A stretch of 64,000 nucleotides of DNA from Hormiphora californensis (taxonomy: Eukaryota; Animalia; Ctenophora): positions 6,448,001 to 6,512,000 of the forward strand of contig CM035353.1 of the NCBI GenBank assembly GCA_020137815.1. Direction: 5' to 3'. Of the stretch, positions 1 through 15,481 are shown piece after piece; within the stretch, counting starts at the first letter, position 1; the number at the start of each line of letters is the position of its first letter. Made by a program: the position numbers and the translations under genes. A model generated the notes under the pieces. It made no database searches, had not been told where the DNA came from, and was given only the letters and a program-made list of their open reading frames with translations.

Positions 1-1938
1 GGACATCCGGAGTGACCGTTTCGGGGGTAATCGTTGCAGTGCATCTCGAGACTCGATTTTTCTCTTCTTTTCATACACTTTTGGGGGTCGTATAAATTCA
101 GGGAGGCTGCTGGAGGATGCGGTGGTGGTGGTGGCCGAGGTGGCAGGCCAGAGCCGTCAGCAGAATAACAGCAAGAATCGTGGCCCAATGGCTCGCAGTA
201 GGCCAGGAGCTCTCAACTTTCATTAAATTAGGCATAGTGAGCTTCCTGCGATAGTATGCCACTACTTGCAATATTCCAGTGTATCGTGAAGGTCGCTGTG
301 TGTGGGATGATGGTGCACACACAGTTTTTATAATACCGACATACATTGCACCTCTTAAAAAATTGGGTTTCAAATCTTATAACAACAGGATATCTCTAGA
401 AATAGATAAAAATATATAAGCAAAAACTCTATCACACAAAGTTAACCCGAATAGTTCTCAATTTCGACAACTTCTGGTCGCGCATTTACCTCGTGTGTAC
501 ATCATGTAGTGTGGAGTACTGAGTTCGGGCCCATGGAACTCCATTAAGTTCGCTATCGCCGCTGCATTATTGAAACTTAACCTCTCCCAGGTTCGATCTA
601 GACATGTTTCAATCTGCCTCTTTGTAGGTCCTAGCTGAAGAAACCAATCAGTTACTTCCTAGATTCATTACACTGTAAATAATGTCCACAAGTTATTATA
701 GTATGAAACTTGTCATCTTACGTCACTTGTCTGCCTCTTTGTAGGTCCTAGCTGAAGAAACCAATCAGTTACTTCCTAGCTGTAAATAATGTCCACAAGT
801 TATTATAATATGAAACTTGTCATCTTACGTTAGCTATGGCCAGGGTCACTTGTCCTGCCCTTAATAGCAGATTATTTTTTTCGACAACACAGTGACTCAA
901 AGCTCTCAACTTTCATTAATAAATTAGGCATAGTGAGCTTCTTGTGATGTATGCCACTACTTTCAATATTCCAGAGCATCGAGAAGGTCGCTGTGTGTGG
1001 GATGACGGGGGACACACAGGACAGGGGATGATTCCACAGTTTTTTATCAAATTAGAACGTTATATACAATAAATAAATATCAATAAATAAAACCGCACGT
1101 CCCGGGCTCCACCAACATGGAGACAGTCCACTATTACAGGTGTTCTAGTAGTTTACAGTTGTAGTCACTCTCCATTGCTTCTGGGGATGAGGGATCCAGA
1201 CTGGGGGGATCATGCTGAAACGGATGGGGAAGTGGTCCGATCCGTGTCGTAGGGAGCAAGTTTAGGGAGCACGTTCTTCAAGACTTCAGCTTGGAGTTAT
1301 TTACGGTGTCCCACATCAAATTCTGGCGTTGAAGTCACCGCAGAACATCGACTGGAGGTTATAAGAGGCTGCCCAATCTACCACTGAGGTCAGCCGGGGG
1401 GGGGGGTCAAGAATGTCGTGAGTCCAGTAAGCTGAACAGAATACCACATTTTCATCTTATACTTACTTACTTACAGCTCCTAATTACCTTGGATACATGG
1501 TCTTCTGTTTTCCGTTTTCACATGTGTCTCTTCATTTCAGGGTAAACTATCCTACCATCAATAGCAGATTATTTTTTCGACAACACACTTTAGAAAATAG
1601 AAATAGATAAAAATATGTAAACAAAAAACGAATTCCCATGTATGACTTTGCCCACTGGTGGCTTAATTGGGTCTTTGTGCCATCCTCCGCCTCTTTTATG
1701 GCCTTAATAATTCTGTCTCCTAGTCCTAGACAAATGAATGTTTAGAAGGAAACCCAACCTTAAATTGTTATGGTTGTCCATGTTAAACTTACCCAAACCA
1801 CCATACAAATGGAGTTGTCTCTCACCGGATATTGGTTTTGTAGTCTGCCTTTGATTTTCCTCCTATTTTAGTTCCCTTTTCTGCAGAGTTCACAGTGGGA
1901 ATATTGAGGTCGTTTTATCGTTTTAACTCTTATACATA

Positions 1939-3160
1939 TAAGCCAAAAACTAATTGGAATTAGTTGGCGGGAAAGGTGGCCCACTTACACCTTTTGCTGC
2001 TACCGGGTACCACGAACTGTCATTCTCTTCGTCACGTCGGTATCTCAATATCTCTCTCTCTCTCTCTCACACCCTTTCTCTTTCTCTATTTCACTCACCT
2101 CTTATATCCCTGATACATTTTAAAATAAAACCCGGCATCAGGCAAAGGTGTAAGTGGGCCACCTTTCCCGCCAACTAATTCCAATTAGTTTTTGGCTTAA
2201 TTTAGGTCCCTTTTTGGTTTCTAATGTCAGTATGACATTATTTCATGATGTAAAATTGTCAAAATGATGTGTTTTATGAGAAACGAGACGAATTTCTGTG
2301 AAAATCGTAATTTTGACGTCATTATGACGTCATTTGACGTAATTAGTGACGTCGTAACGATGTAATTGCATCACAATATATTTTTAATGAATACCTTGAA
2401 GGAGCTTGTAAAGTATCATTGACCACAGTGGTCAGGAAAGGGAGTTTTTGCTCGAAAAACGTTCATTTTACTGGATTTTTCGTCAAATTTTTGACTTCCG
2501 ACGCGATTTAAGGGCTCAAAATGATGAGCTACGAAAATTAGCGATATAGTATCTGAAAGTTCAGACGATTTGCCGGTAACGATTTTTCGTCAAATCAGAA
2601 ATCGGAACACGTCTTCAGGGTGCTAGAGGCGTTTGAAAAAAGTTAGTCGGTCTCGCGCAATGACGTCACTCGTGACGTCATTGCACGCGTCATATGTAAG
2701 ATGGAGAGTCGCCACCCGAATGGGTACATGCACGAGACAATTATCTGTCGAATGCCGCTTGGTTTGAGGTCGTACGATGTCTGGTTCGTCTCAAACAGGG
2801 ACCAAACGGAAGGTAACAAAGCGTCTATCCATGTATGTATGTATGTATGTATGTATGTATCAACCTAGTTATCCCCACACTGAATTTTCTGTTTTGGGGG
2901 TGGTGTTATAACTTTTGAACAAAAAGAGCTAGCTACTTGAAATTTTTACCATCGATAGATGTTTACAAGAAGCTTCTGAGTACAAAATTTCAGCTTCCTA
3001 GCTCATCCGGTTCCGGAGTTATGGCGTGTCAAAAAGTGCCAAAATGGGCTAAAAGTATGAAATAACTATATATACGCTGTGAGCAAGCGGGCCGTTTTTT
3101 GGGGGAATTTTTTTCGGGGGGTTGGATGGGGCCACCTTTGCGCTTGCCAGCGCAGTGATA
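1939..3160 (+). mobile_element. Non-autonomous Helentron/Helitron2-like (HINE/DINE-1-like) element, copy 1 (no internal array)
   Basis: 5' foldback 1939-2199 (~56-bp arms containing AAAGGTGGCCC), central (GTAT)n microsatellite at ~2831-2860, and 3' subterminal GGGCCACCTTT followed by the hairpin TGCGCT-tgcc-AGCGCA and GTGATA. Homologous copies at 30730-33103 and 49118-53198. Confidence 0.7.
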
Positions 3161-3329
3161 TTAAACAATTTGCTATTTTAAACTCAGTTCGAGCATTGTG
3201 CTGTTGCACCTCCCTTTATAAAATAAAAAATAATAGTATGAACAATACAAGTCGGACGCCAAAAGATCCCTCACAACACGCTCCTTCTCTGCCTTCGTAT
3301 TCACGGACGTAAGCATTACGGCTGTTAAC

Positions 3330-3702
3330 CTGAATCCAGTCACTCTCTAAGTCGGGGGAGGTGAAAAAGAGTTGATGGCATTGAGTGGGGTTATAAAAAT
3401 GGCCTTCATGGCGGGGTTTTCCATCATATATATAGGCCAAGAAAATCATCGTTTTCCCGGAGCCTGTCCGAAATAAATGCAAGTATGAATTATATCTAAC
3501 TAAGCTTAGCATGTCCAATCATTCAAATTAGAATGCGAGAGAAAAAGTAAGATGAGGAAAAATAAAACGAACCTGTCGGCAGTATGGCCATCACGTCACG
3601 GCCCTCTTTCAATTTGTCGACGCAGTTGCGCTGGTGAGACCGGAGTGGCGGTATTTGACGCATACTGAGGTTGGGGAGGTTAGATTCGGTTCTTAAAGCT
3701 GC
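3330..3702 (-). pseudogene. RecQ-like SF2 helicase fragment (spliced, frameshifted)
   Basis: Exon 3702-3573 reads LRSHQRNCVDKLKEGRDVMAILPTG and splices (GT-AG) to exon 3463-3330 SGKTMIFLAY (Q motif + Walker A). KAIFITPLNAI (motif Ia) follows in a shifted frame, then LFFTSPD. Confidence 0.65.
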
Positions 3703-4554
3703 CTGTATACAGCCATATATACTTTTCTTTGGCTTGAACTATTCACGCAGGTTGTCCCCTCTTCTCTTCAGCCAATTGTGCAATACAATGCTCTTTCTCC
3801 TCCTTCAGGCCCTGCTCGTCGCGTCGCCGGGCTGCCGCCTTCTGCTGGCGAAAGGGTTAGTGTCTTGCAATGGTAACGGCGTTTCGGTGTCTTTCATCAG
3901 CAATTCACTTTCCTCTTCGATACCCACGATGTCATCTGCGGATGACAGGGGTTCCAGGAAATCATGGACACTTCCTGCAACAGGTTGAGGTAGTAGCGAG
4001 CTCACCATCTTGATTTTGGGCTCCACAGGAGATCTTCCCCGTTTTGGCACATTCGCCCGGGTACTCTCCTTTTCCAGTGTTCCCTCGCATTTCTCCCTGT
4101 CACAGGGCATCTCATTACCGCATACACTACAAGTTGTCGTGATGTCATGATGGTCTCAACCTAAAAGAAACAAATTACATATTTATAAATGATTGAAGTT
4201 AATTATTTATTATGGGTTGTGCTTTAAAAAGCTCTATTTAGTATTTATAAACGTCGATTATATACTCTGCAAATCTTGGGGTTTTACTTTATATATTTAC
4301 TTTTTGGAATTTCAGGTTTTCCAACAAACAATGAAAGCGAGACTTCAGCTCTACCACCTCCCTTGCCTTTTTCATTATTATATCATGTGTCCTTTTCGTT
4401 GTGTCATTTTCTGATTCAACTGTGGAGTATGTTTTCATCATCTAAACCTGAAATTAATCATTCACTTATCGATGTGAATTTAAAGCAAAGTGGGGAAATA
4501 CCAATCCTTTGCCTTGGCCACACGGCGTCAGACTTCATGTCGGTATTAAATACG

Positions 4555-5520
4555 TTCTGTCTATCACTATAAGAAAATAACGAACCTTTAGAGTGAAGGC
4601 TTTGCTTTGTCACCAATCAAGTGGTATTCCCTAGGCAGTGTACTGAAAATCTGCTCTGCATCTCCTAATCTCATGACCAGGGTATCTCCTAATCTCATGA
4701 CCAGGCTATCCCCTATACGGCCAGACCTTCCATCTCGCTCTGCTTCGTGGAATCTCAATACTACAGATTTCTCTGTCAGGTAACTTCGCGTAACTAAACG
4801 TCAGCAAATTGGAGAGAGTTAGAGCCAGTAATGACTACTGATTATTAACAGTGCTAGACTATTTCAGTATATTAATGCTTGATATGGATTAGTGACCTCA
4901 TAACTTCTCATTTTAACGCTGGCTTCCAAAATCCGGACGTCAATGTTTTCGTCGCTATTATCACCAGAAATATAATTATGCACTAGAATTATTACATGAC
5001 TTTGAGTCGGAAATGTTGCCAGAAGGCCATTTTCCAACTGTCATCGAAACAATGATGTCCTTCTCGATCGAAGATGAGAAACCCTTTCTTAGAATTTCTA
5101 GAAATAGTCCTATTTTACCAGAAACAGATTCCAGTGGAGAAGAACTATCAGAAGAATTATCAGAAGAACTATCCGAAGAACGAGGTTGTAGAAGATTACG
5201 TTCACTATCGGAGGTATCATGTCGGTATTAGATATACGTTGTCTATCACTATAAGAAAATAAAGACACGTCACGAACCTTTATTATTAGAGTGAAGGCTT
5301 TGTCACCAATCAAGTGGTATTCCCTAGGCAGTGTACTGAAAATTTGCTCTGCATCTGCTAATCTCATGACAAGGCTATCCCCTATACGGCCAGGCCTTCC
5401 CACCTCTACGTAACTAAACGTCCTATCAGGTAGGGTCAGCAAATTGGAGGGAGTAATTAGAGCCAGTAATGACTACTGATTAGTAACAGTGCTAGAAGTA
5501 GACTATTACAGTTTAATGCT
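4555..5520 (-). pseudogene. Two degenerate copies of a PIF/Harbinger (DDE_Tnp_4-like) transposase fragment
   Basis: 5442-5284 reads FSYVEVGRPGRIGDSLV...LPREYHLIGDKAFTL, matching the HARBI1-type pattern F.YV.VG.PG...D...YHL.GD.A..L. 4555-4880 is a diverged duplicate of 5238-5520. Confidence 0.6.
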
Positions 5521-5778
5521 ATAGGACACAGATAATTGAATGTCAGGCGACTCAAACAGAAAAGATGTACAGTATACTCACTCTGAAAGAACAGGGCTTA
5601 GAGGATAGAGAGAGGATGGTACATCCTGGATAAGAGAGGATAAGAGAGGATAGAGAGGATGGGGCGGCTAAATTTCTTACCATTGCAGAGGTTATAGTGT
5701 TGGAGATATCCAGTGTGATCCAACAACCAAGTTCTCAGCTATCCAACTACCCCGCCATATCCCCAGGTCATGTGATAA

Positions 5779-8544
5779 TCACCGAATATCTAAGTCTCTT
5801 GTAATTTGTGTGTGACATGTGTGTATTGCGTCAGTCTGTGAGATTGTGAATGACCGTTTAGTTCTCGTTTGTCTTTGTCTGCACTGTTGCAACTTACCTA
5901 GTTGTCTACAAAGAGGGACATCCTTGTTCCACGTTTCGTCCGAATTACAAGTCCTCTCACGGCTACCCTCTATCACGTGCTTCTCCTGGCAGTTGATGGT
6001 CACCGTCTCTCCTGGATCTGTATCGTTCCAACTTCCTTGCACAGATCCGTCCACGGTAAACCCGGGACACACTGATGGGTAGGAATAGTGTTGAGTTCGA
6101 TAAGTCCGTGCGGGGCGGGGGGGGGTACACCCGTATCATATCAGCCCCCCTGCATTTAATGGGGCCCATTACCCCCTCATGTGAGGTCTATAACCAACAT
6201 ATGGACCTTTACTGGAAAGCGTGACACAGAGAGTCAGAAAAGGGGGAAAACAGCTGATAACGGTACGACAACTGCAGTTATTTATGCTTCTTTAACTTAC
6301 CTGGCGGTTTTTTCCTGTAGCTGTCTGATGCGGTGTCATTAACGCCAAATTTTATGTTTTCCACCACATCTCCACCCCAGAAGGATGTACAGTTATCACC
6401 TACAAGTTGGTAGTCCAGTACCTCCACCCCGTTGCACCCTATACTGAGGTTGGTGGTATTCTTTCGAATTGTCCAAATCTTGTCCACTTCATTTGGTGGT
6501 TCAGCGGGGAGGTTGGTCCATTCAACACAGTAATCAATAGAGTATTGGATAGGTGAGGTGAACTTCACCTTTACCGCAATGCTATTCCCGTCTGCGGTGT
6601 GTGCAGCAACCACCATCCTCGTCTTACTCCCAGCAGAAGAACTTGTTTTTATTTGAAGAGGCGTGCTCTCCAGATCAAATGGGATGCTTTTGGTCTTTAC
6701 CACTGTCAACCATGCTGAAATGTGCTGAATTAGCAGGCAATACTCTTGTCATATACCCCAACATGTTGTTTAAAATATAGACAAGTTAGACAAAGTGGTT
6801 GTTGCAACAACCACTTTGTCTAACTTGTCTATATTTTAAAGAAATATAAGTTACATTGTAAAGAAATGTAAGTTACATTGAAATGAATGAATGTAAGTGC
6901 AAATTACACACTGCGGTACTCTTACCGTTTTCATCACACTGCGGTACATCACTTGACCATGATCCATCCTGCTGACAAGTCAGAGTAGCACTTCCCACAA
7001 GGCCATGGGTGGAAGCACATTCGATGGTGGCAGTTATCCCTGTTCGTGAGGCAGGCCAGCTTCTTTGTGTTGATCCGTCAACAGTAAAGGCAGGACAGTC
7101 ACGTGCTGAATGGAATAAATGGTAACAAAATGAGTTCATTGCAAGGGATGAGGGGTATTTCATGTGGACTACAGCAGCAATATACAGTCAGCAATGATAC
7201 AGTCAGCTGTGTTCGGGCGAAATCGAGGTCCGGTAAAATGATGCTTGAGTATATATTGGAGAGTTCGGAAACACAAGCGCATTGTAGTTCATATTGCAGG
7301 GGAGGAACCAGCTTCCCATAGTGTAGCACAATCTAAGGCTATAAGCATACTGATCGTGATGATCATAATCAGTTAAAAAGATGAAGTGTGCTCATGGTTT
7401 TGATCATCATCATCTGCAAAAAACTGCAGTGTGCGCAACATTATGATCATCACGTAAGAGCTGGCCCTGGAGCCGTCTCTTAAGTTGGATGATGATCATC
7501 AACACCTAGTGTGCGCACGTTCTGATCTTATTCTTATGGAGGGCTGCACTGTAGTCATGTGATATGTACCACGTGGTACGACTTCGCGCGCGCGAGAGGC
7601 TGTTGTACAGGTCACGTGATATGCAACAGCCTCTCAGAGCGCGCGACTAGGCAAGGGGGAGATAGCATCATCATGCTGAGCACACTGGTCATGATGATCA
7701 TGATCAAAAGGCAAGTTCTAGCAAGTTGAGCATGGTTAATGATGATCAAACGTGAGCACACTATGGTTTATGATGATCAAACGTGAACACACTATGGTTT
7801 GAGAACATCATGATGCATCAAGCCTCCATCATGATGATAACAATCAGTGTGTGCGCTCCTTTGATGGTGACCATCAAAACGTCCGCACACTGACCTGATT
7901 ATGATCATCACGATCAGTATGCTTATAGCCTTACATGGTATTTACACCAATTTACCTGCTCTGTAGAAATCGGTTGCTATGTCAGTACCGTGCAGCTTTC
8001 CGCTGATCAACTCGATCCTCTCCACAACATCACCGCCCAGCTGTGTTACACATTTGCCTTCTCCACTGTCTGCGAGCAGCAAGTTCGACACCTCCACATT
8101 GTTACATGTGATGATGAAGCCGGTCTCTGTCTTGGTAATTGTCCAGATCTTATCAATCTCCACCGGAGGTTGTACTGGGAGGAGTATGTTGCCCGTGCAG
8201 TACTCTATATAATACTGCACTTGGGCGGCGAATACGATAACCATCCTACTTGACCTCTTACTGCTGTCCTTGTCATACATATCCACCACTATTCTCTCTA
8301 TACTGTTCAACGTAGAGTCCGTCTTTATCTGGAGAGATGTTGCCTCCAGGTCCCAGGGTATCTTCACATTTTGTTCTACAGCTATCCAGTCTGAACCGCA
8401 ATGAATAAATTAACCAATAATATGTTGTGCAAATAAGTAGTTTAAACTAAAAACTAAAAAGCATAAAATTTTACTGAACTTTTACTAACCTGTTAGAACA
8501 GCTATCCCCCACAATGCAGTTGTGAATAGAAGGAGACGTATCAT
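5779..8544 (-). CDS. Secreted multi-exon protein: signal peptide + two copies of [~140-aa uncharacterised beta-rich domain + sushi/CCP domain]
   Basis: Exons read by hand with GT-AG boundaries, all phase 1 and in frame: 8544-8490 (MIRLLLFTTALWGIAVLT, signal peptide), 8390-7956 (DWIAVEQNVKIPWDLEATSLQIKT...), 7105-6926 (sushi: CPAF...C...G...LTC..DGSWSSDVPQC), 6714-6301 (AWLTVVKTKSIPFDLESTPLQIKT...), 6071-5898 (sushi: CPGF...C...RTC.SDETWNKDVPLC). The 3' end is uncertain: either a mini-exon 5789-5779 (DIR*) or read-through to the same stop. Confidence 0.85.
6769..6840. repeat. Perfect 72-bp spacerless palindrome in intron 3
   Basis: TTTAAAATATAGACAAGTTAGACAAAGTGGTTGTTG|CAACAACCACTTTGTCTAACTTGTCTATATTTTAAA; 36-bp arms, no mismatch. 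Confidence 0.95.
7336..7931. mobile_element. MITE with ~37-bp TIRs and TA target duplication, in intron 2
   Basis: TA-AGGCTATAAGCATACTGATCGTGATGATCATAATCAG ... CTGATTATGATCATCACGATCAGTATGCTTATAGCCT-TA. Many internal ATGATCAT motifs. Confidence 0.85.
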
Positions 8545-8677
8545 TTCAACACTCACATCGCTAAATAAATTAGCTATTTGGTAAACTGTTGATTGGTACT
8601 TTTATTGGATAATTAATAAATATCATACCAACAGGCATTAGCTAGCTAGAAAGGTGATCACTCAAACTCCATGATTA

Positions 8678-8921
8678 CACGGGGGATTACGGGGGCTCGA
8701 ATAGATCGCCCGTACCAGTCGCCCGTACCAGTCGCCCGTACATTTGCTTTGCGCATTACGTTTCATCGCACTTTCACCACAAAAAAGGTACATGCGCGTT
8801 ACGCGCATGTGTTTTGTTGTGGTGAAAGTGTGGTGAAACGTAATGCGCAAAGCAAATGTACGGGCGACTGGTACGGGCGATTGGTACGGGCGTCTCATCC
8901 GGGCCCTCGTAATCCGCTGCC
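8678..8921 (+). mobile_element. Tourist/PIF-Harbinger-like MITE (244 bp), TTA TSD
   Basis: TTA on both sides, internally palindromic, near-identical inverted copy at 10195-10438. Confidence 0.8.
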
Positions 8922-9606
8922 TTACCGTCATCAATGTGTAACCCAGTTTCGGGCAAAGGTTTCACAACAAATTGAAAACGGTAAACACAACAGACACTTG
9001 ATTCAAAATAATCGTTCTCAATAATTCTATCTTTCTCTATAACGCATCGCTCAACTTGAGTTCAACTATAACTCTCTTCTTCTTTATAGTTAATGGGTTA
9101 TATTCCCCTATTGACTTGTTAATCCCCCCTTTTTCCGTTTCCTTCGGGTGTGGGATTAAAACCCTTATTTTTTTTTCCTTTTTTTTTTTATTTTTTTTCT
9201 TTCTTTTTTTTTTTCCCCAAACCTTTTTCCCCCCCTTTTTTTCCCCCCCTTTCCTACCCCCCCCTTTTTTTTTTTTTTTTTCCCCGGGTTTTTTTTTTTA
9301 TTTCTTTATTTTTTTTTTTTCCTTACTCTTTTCCCTTCTCTTTCTTTTCTCTGCCCTTCCCCTTTCTCTTCTTCTTTCCCCTTTCTCTCTTTCCTCTCTC
9401 TTTTTTTCCTTTTCTTCCCTCTTTCTCTTCCCTTTTCTATAAAATCACACTCAATCCATCCCAATCTATCGCAGGTTTGGAGCTTCCGGAAAACAGAGTT
9501 TGCTGTATACTCATTTGGAAGTATTAGGGCCGTTATTTGGGTTTGGGGTAAGGGTTAGATATAGAGTCCTCCTTGGGTTTAGGTAAGCCTAGGATCAGGA
9601 GAGTAA

Positions 9607-9787
9607 CAGTGCTGCTTGCAGTCAAAATACGGTAACGCAAAATACAGTAAGGAGCCGCGCACGGTGCATAACGCGCAGCAAAAAGTTCATGTGTCAGCAC
9701 GTACTAGCGCCCTGATTGGTCACGGTTGCGCGTCGTCTTACTGTATCTTCGTTTTCCATTACCGTTTTCCCACTACAAGCGACCGTG
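9607..9787 (+). mobile_element. Short MITE with imperfect CAG/CAC TIRs and 3-bp TSD (TAA)
   Basis: TAA-CAGTGCTGCTTGCAGT...ACTACAAGCGACCGTG-TAA. A second copy is inverted at 16175-16366. Confidence 0.75.
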
Positions 9788-10194
9788 TAACGCAAGTTAA
9801 AAGACGCAGACAAATACTGAAGTTGCTACCGTACTAGCACGATTTATAGGGAGATCGTTGAGCGTACTGACCAGGACTGTGAATGTGGGCTTAGAGTTAG
9901 AGGTAATGGGCCAATATAAAGACTGTTTCTGAGAGATCCCAGTATCACTACCATTGTTGGTGGTGAAAGCTGGTGGTGATCTCTCTACTATTACTAGTAG
10001 TGTTTACTATTTGGTATGTATCTTTCCTGATCTCTTTTCATCTTGAATCAGATAGCTTCGGAGAGAGACAGAAATAGAGAGAAAGAAAGAGAGAGAGAAC
10101 GTAGATACAGATATAGCTCTGTAAAGATATTGCTGTCTGTTTATCAACAATGCTATAGAAAAGAGTCACGTCCATGGATCTGTGCCAAGCTTAA

Positions 10195-10438
10195 GGCAGC
10201 GGATTACGAGGGCCCGGATGAGACGCCCGTACCAATCGCCCGTACCAGTCGCCCGTACATTTGCTTTGCGCATTACGTTTCACCACACTTTCACCACAAC
10301 AAAACACATGCGCGTAACGCGCATGTACCTTTTTTGTGGTGAAAGTGCGATGAAACGTAATGCGCAAAGCAAATGTACGGGCGACTGGTACGGGCGATCT
10401 ATACGGGCGATCTATTCGAGCCCCCGTAATCCCCCGTG
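10195..10438 (-). mobile_element. Tourist/PIF-Harbinger-like MITE (244 bp), TAA TSD
   Basis: Reverse complement of 8678-8921, with TAA on both sides. Confidence 0.8.
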
Positions 10439-11961
10439 TAACAATAACGGCTCGGTTATAGCTGTTGGGAGAGGGAGGTGTAGACTATAATACTTGACCA
10501 AGTATACCTCGGCCTCCCTCTCCCAACTAAACAGTTATAACTGGGCTGTGACTTCTTTCCTCACATGAGAATGGGTTGCAGCTTGGTGCCTAACATGATG
10601 CTAGATGATAGACAGCTTCACCTCCCATCTCAGAATTTCAAATTTCCGGTTCAAATGTGAAAACTAGTCAAACTGAAACTTCTGGGGTGGGATGACACGT
10701 CCTGCTCATAACTCACCATCCACCTCATTTAGTCATTTTATTCGATTAGATAGACTGAAAAACTAATATAACTTAAGTGAGCTACTTTTCAAACAACCGG
10801 GGGTGGGGGGGGGGGGTAATTAAGTTTGGACCCCGATTTACCCGATTCCTCGGGGGAAGATATTTTGCCTGGTAAATTGGCACTATAATAAGGGGTAAAT
10901 AGCCCTTCCTCAGTATCATCCATCACAGCCATGTCATCCGCGTAATCCGATCACGGATGGAGGGGAGTGGCCCAGAAGCCACTCCATCCCCACTCTCAAC
11001 ACCCTGACTGTCTGGCGCCGGCGACCCCATCTGAGCGCACTGTCAGAATTTGAGAATCAAATGGGGTATGGCTCCGCCATACAGCACCCTGAAGAGTGAA
11101 CCCCCTGGAGCTTCGAGCTGCCCAGTTTATAACGGTGTTATAATAAAACGACGTCCCGAAGGGCGAAGTGACCCCGAAGTAACCCCGGCGGTCACCACGA
11201 AATTCCTCTCTGCGAGAAAACTGAAAACTATCACCTTGTCCCTTCCCGGAGGAGGCCGGGGATCTTGACAATTGTCTGACCCGATGTTTTAATTTGTAGA
11301 CAAATTCGAAACTCGATAAATAATGGGGCCACTAACGGCGATAAAATAGACGGGGATCAGGAAAGTGTACAAGAATCTCTCTCTCGAGATCAGTATGAAC
11401 AATAAGCTCTAAAAACACATGCAGCTCTATGTACTTCTTTCAATCCATCTGATCGTCTCTCTGATCTATCTCAAACACTTTCTCTCCCAAAATCTCTCCA
11501 AAACATCATATAATGTGAAAGTGCAAGCCTCGCGGGCACTGCCTGTCAGGCCAATGCTCTGACCACAGTTCTCGAGAAGAGGGTCAGGCCAACACTCTGA
11601 TAGGACACTGATGCACCCTAATCGAGGTCACTGCACCTCGAGGACGCACTCGAGTTATTATATATACACATGCACAGGCCTCTATAACATATTAGGGTCA
11701 CCACACACCAAAGTTAAAATTAAAATTAAAATTTTGATTTTAAACCCGCACACACCAGCTCCCGTTAAAATTTCTCTCCCCGTAACAATCTCACGCACGA
11801 TTTTGACGGTCGCGTTGGATGACAAAATTTTAACACGCCGTCAAAATCGCGCGCGAGATCGTTTACTTTTAGAATGGGGGAGAGAAATTTTAACGGCCGC
11901 TGGTGTGTGCGGGTTTAAAATCAAAATTTTAATTTTAATTTTAACTTTGGTGTGTGGTGAC

Positions 11962-15216
<3,255 letters not shown>

Positions 15217-15481
15217 GTGGTGACCCTTACACCTCTTCACGATATCATTCGGCACTCTCAAATCACAGCAGTCATGGCCTGTCTGGCGCCGCGACCCATC
15301 TGAGCGCACTGTCGCGATTTGATTTGAGAATCAAATTGGGGTCTGGCGCCGCCAGACAGGTCATGGCTAAGTCTAAGCACACTCTTCGTAACCGTAACAT
15401 GGCACTCAAGTCTCCGTAATCCAGTACGAACATTCCCGGGAACACACAAACGAACAAAAATAAATATAATAACTTGAGTAC

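Noticed and set aside
575-605. tRNA B-box-like GGTTCGATC, also ~26652
   Set aside because: No A box or cloverleaf can be built.
9120-9440. Phe/Leu/Ser/Pro-rich ORFs in a T/C tract
   Set aside because: Low-complexity homopolymer runs, possibly poor consensus quality. Not credible coding sequence.
10444-10550. Imperfect ~105-bp hairpin as a pre-miRNA
   Set aside because: More simply a degenerate MITE; the sequence alone gives no evidence of processing.
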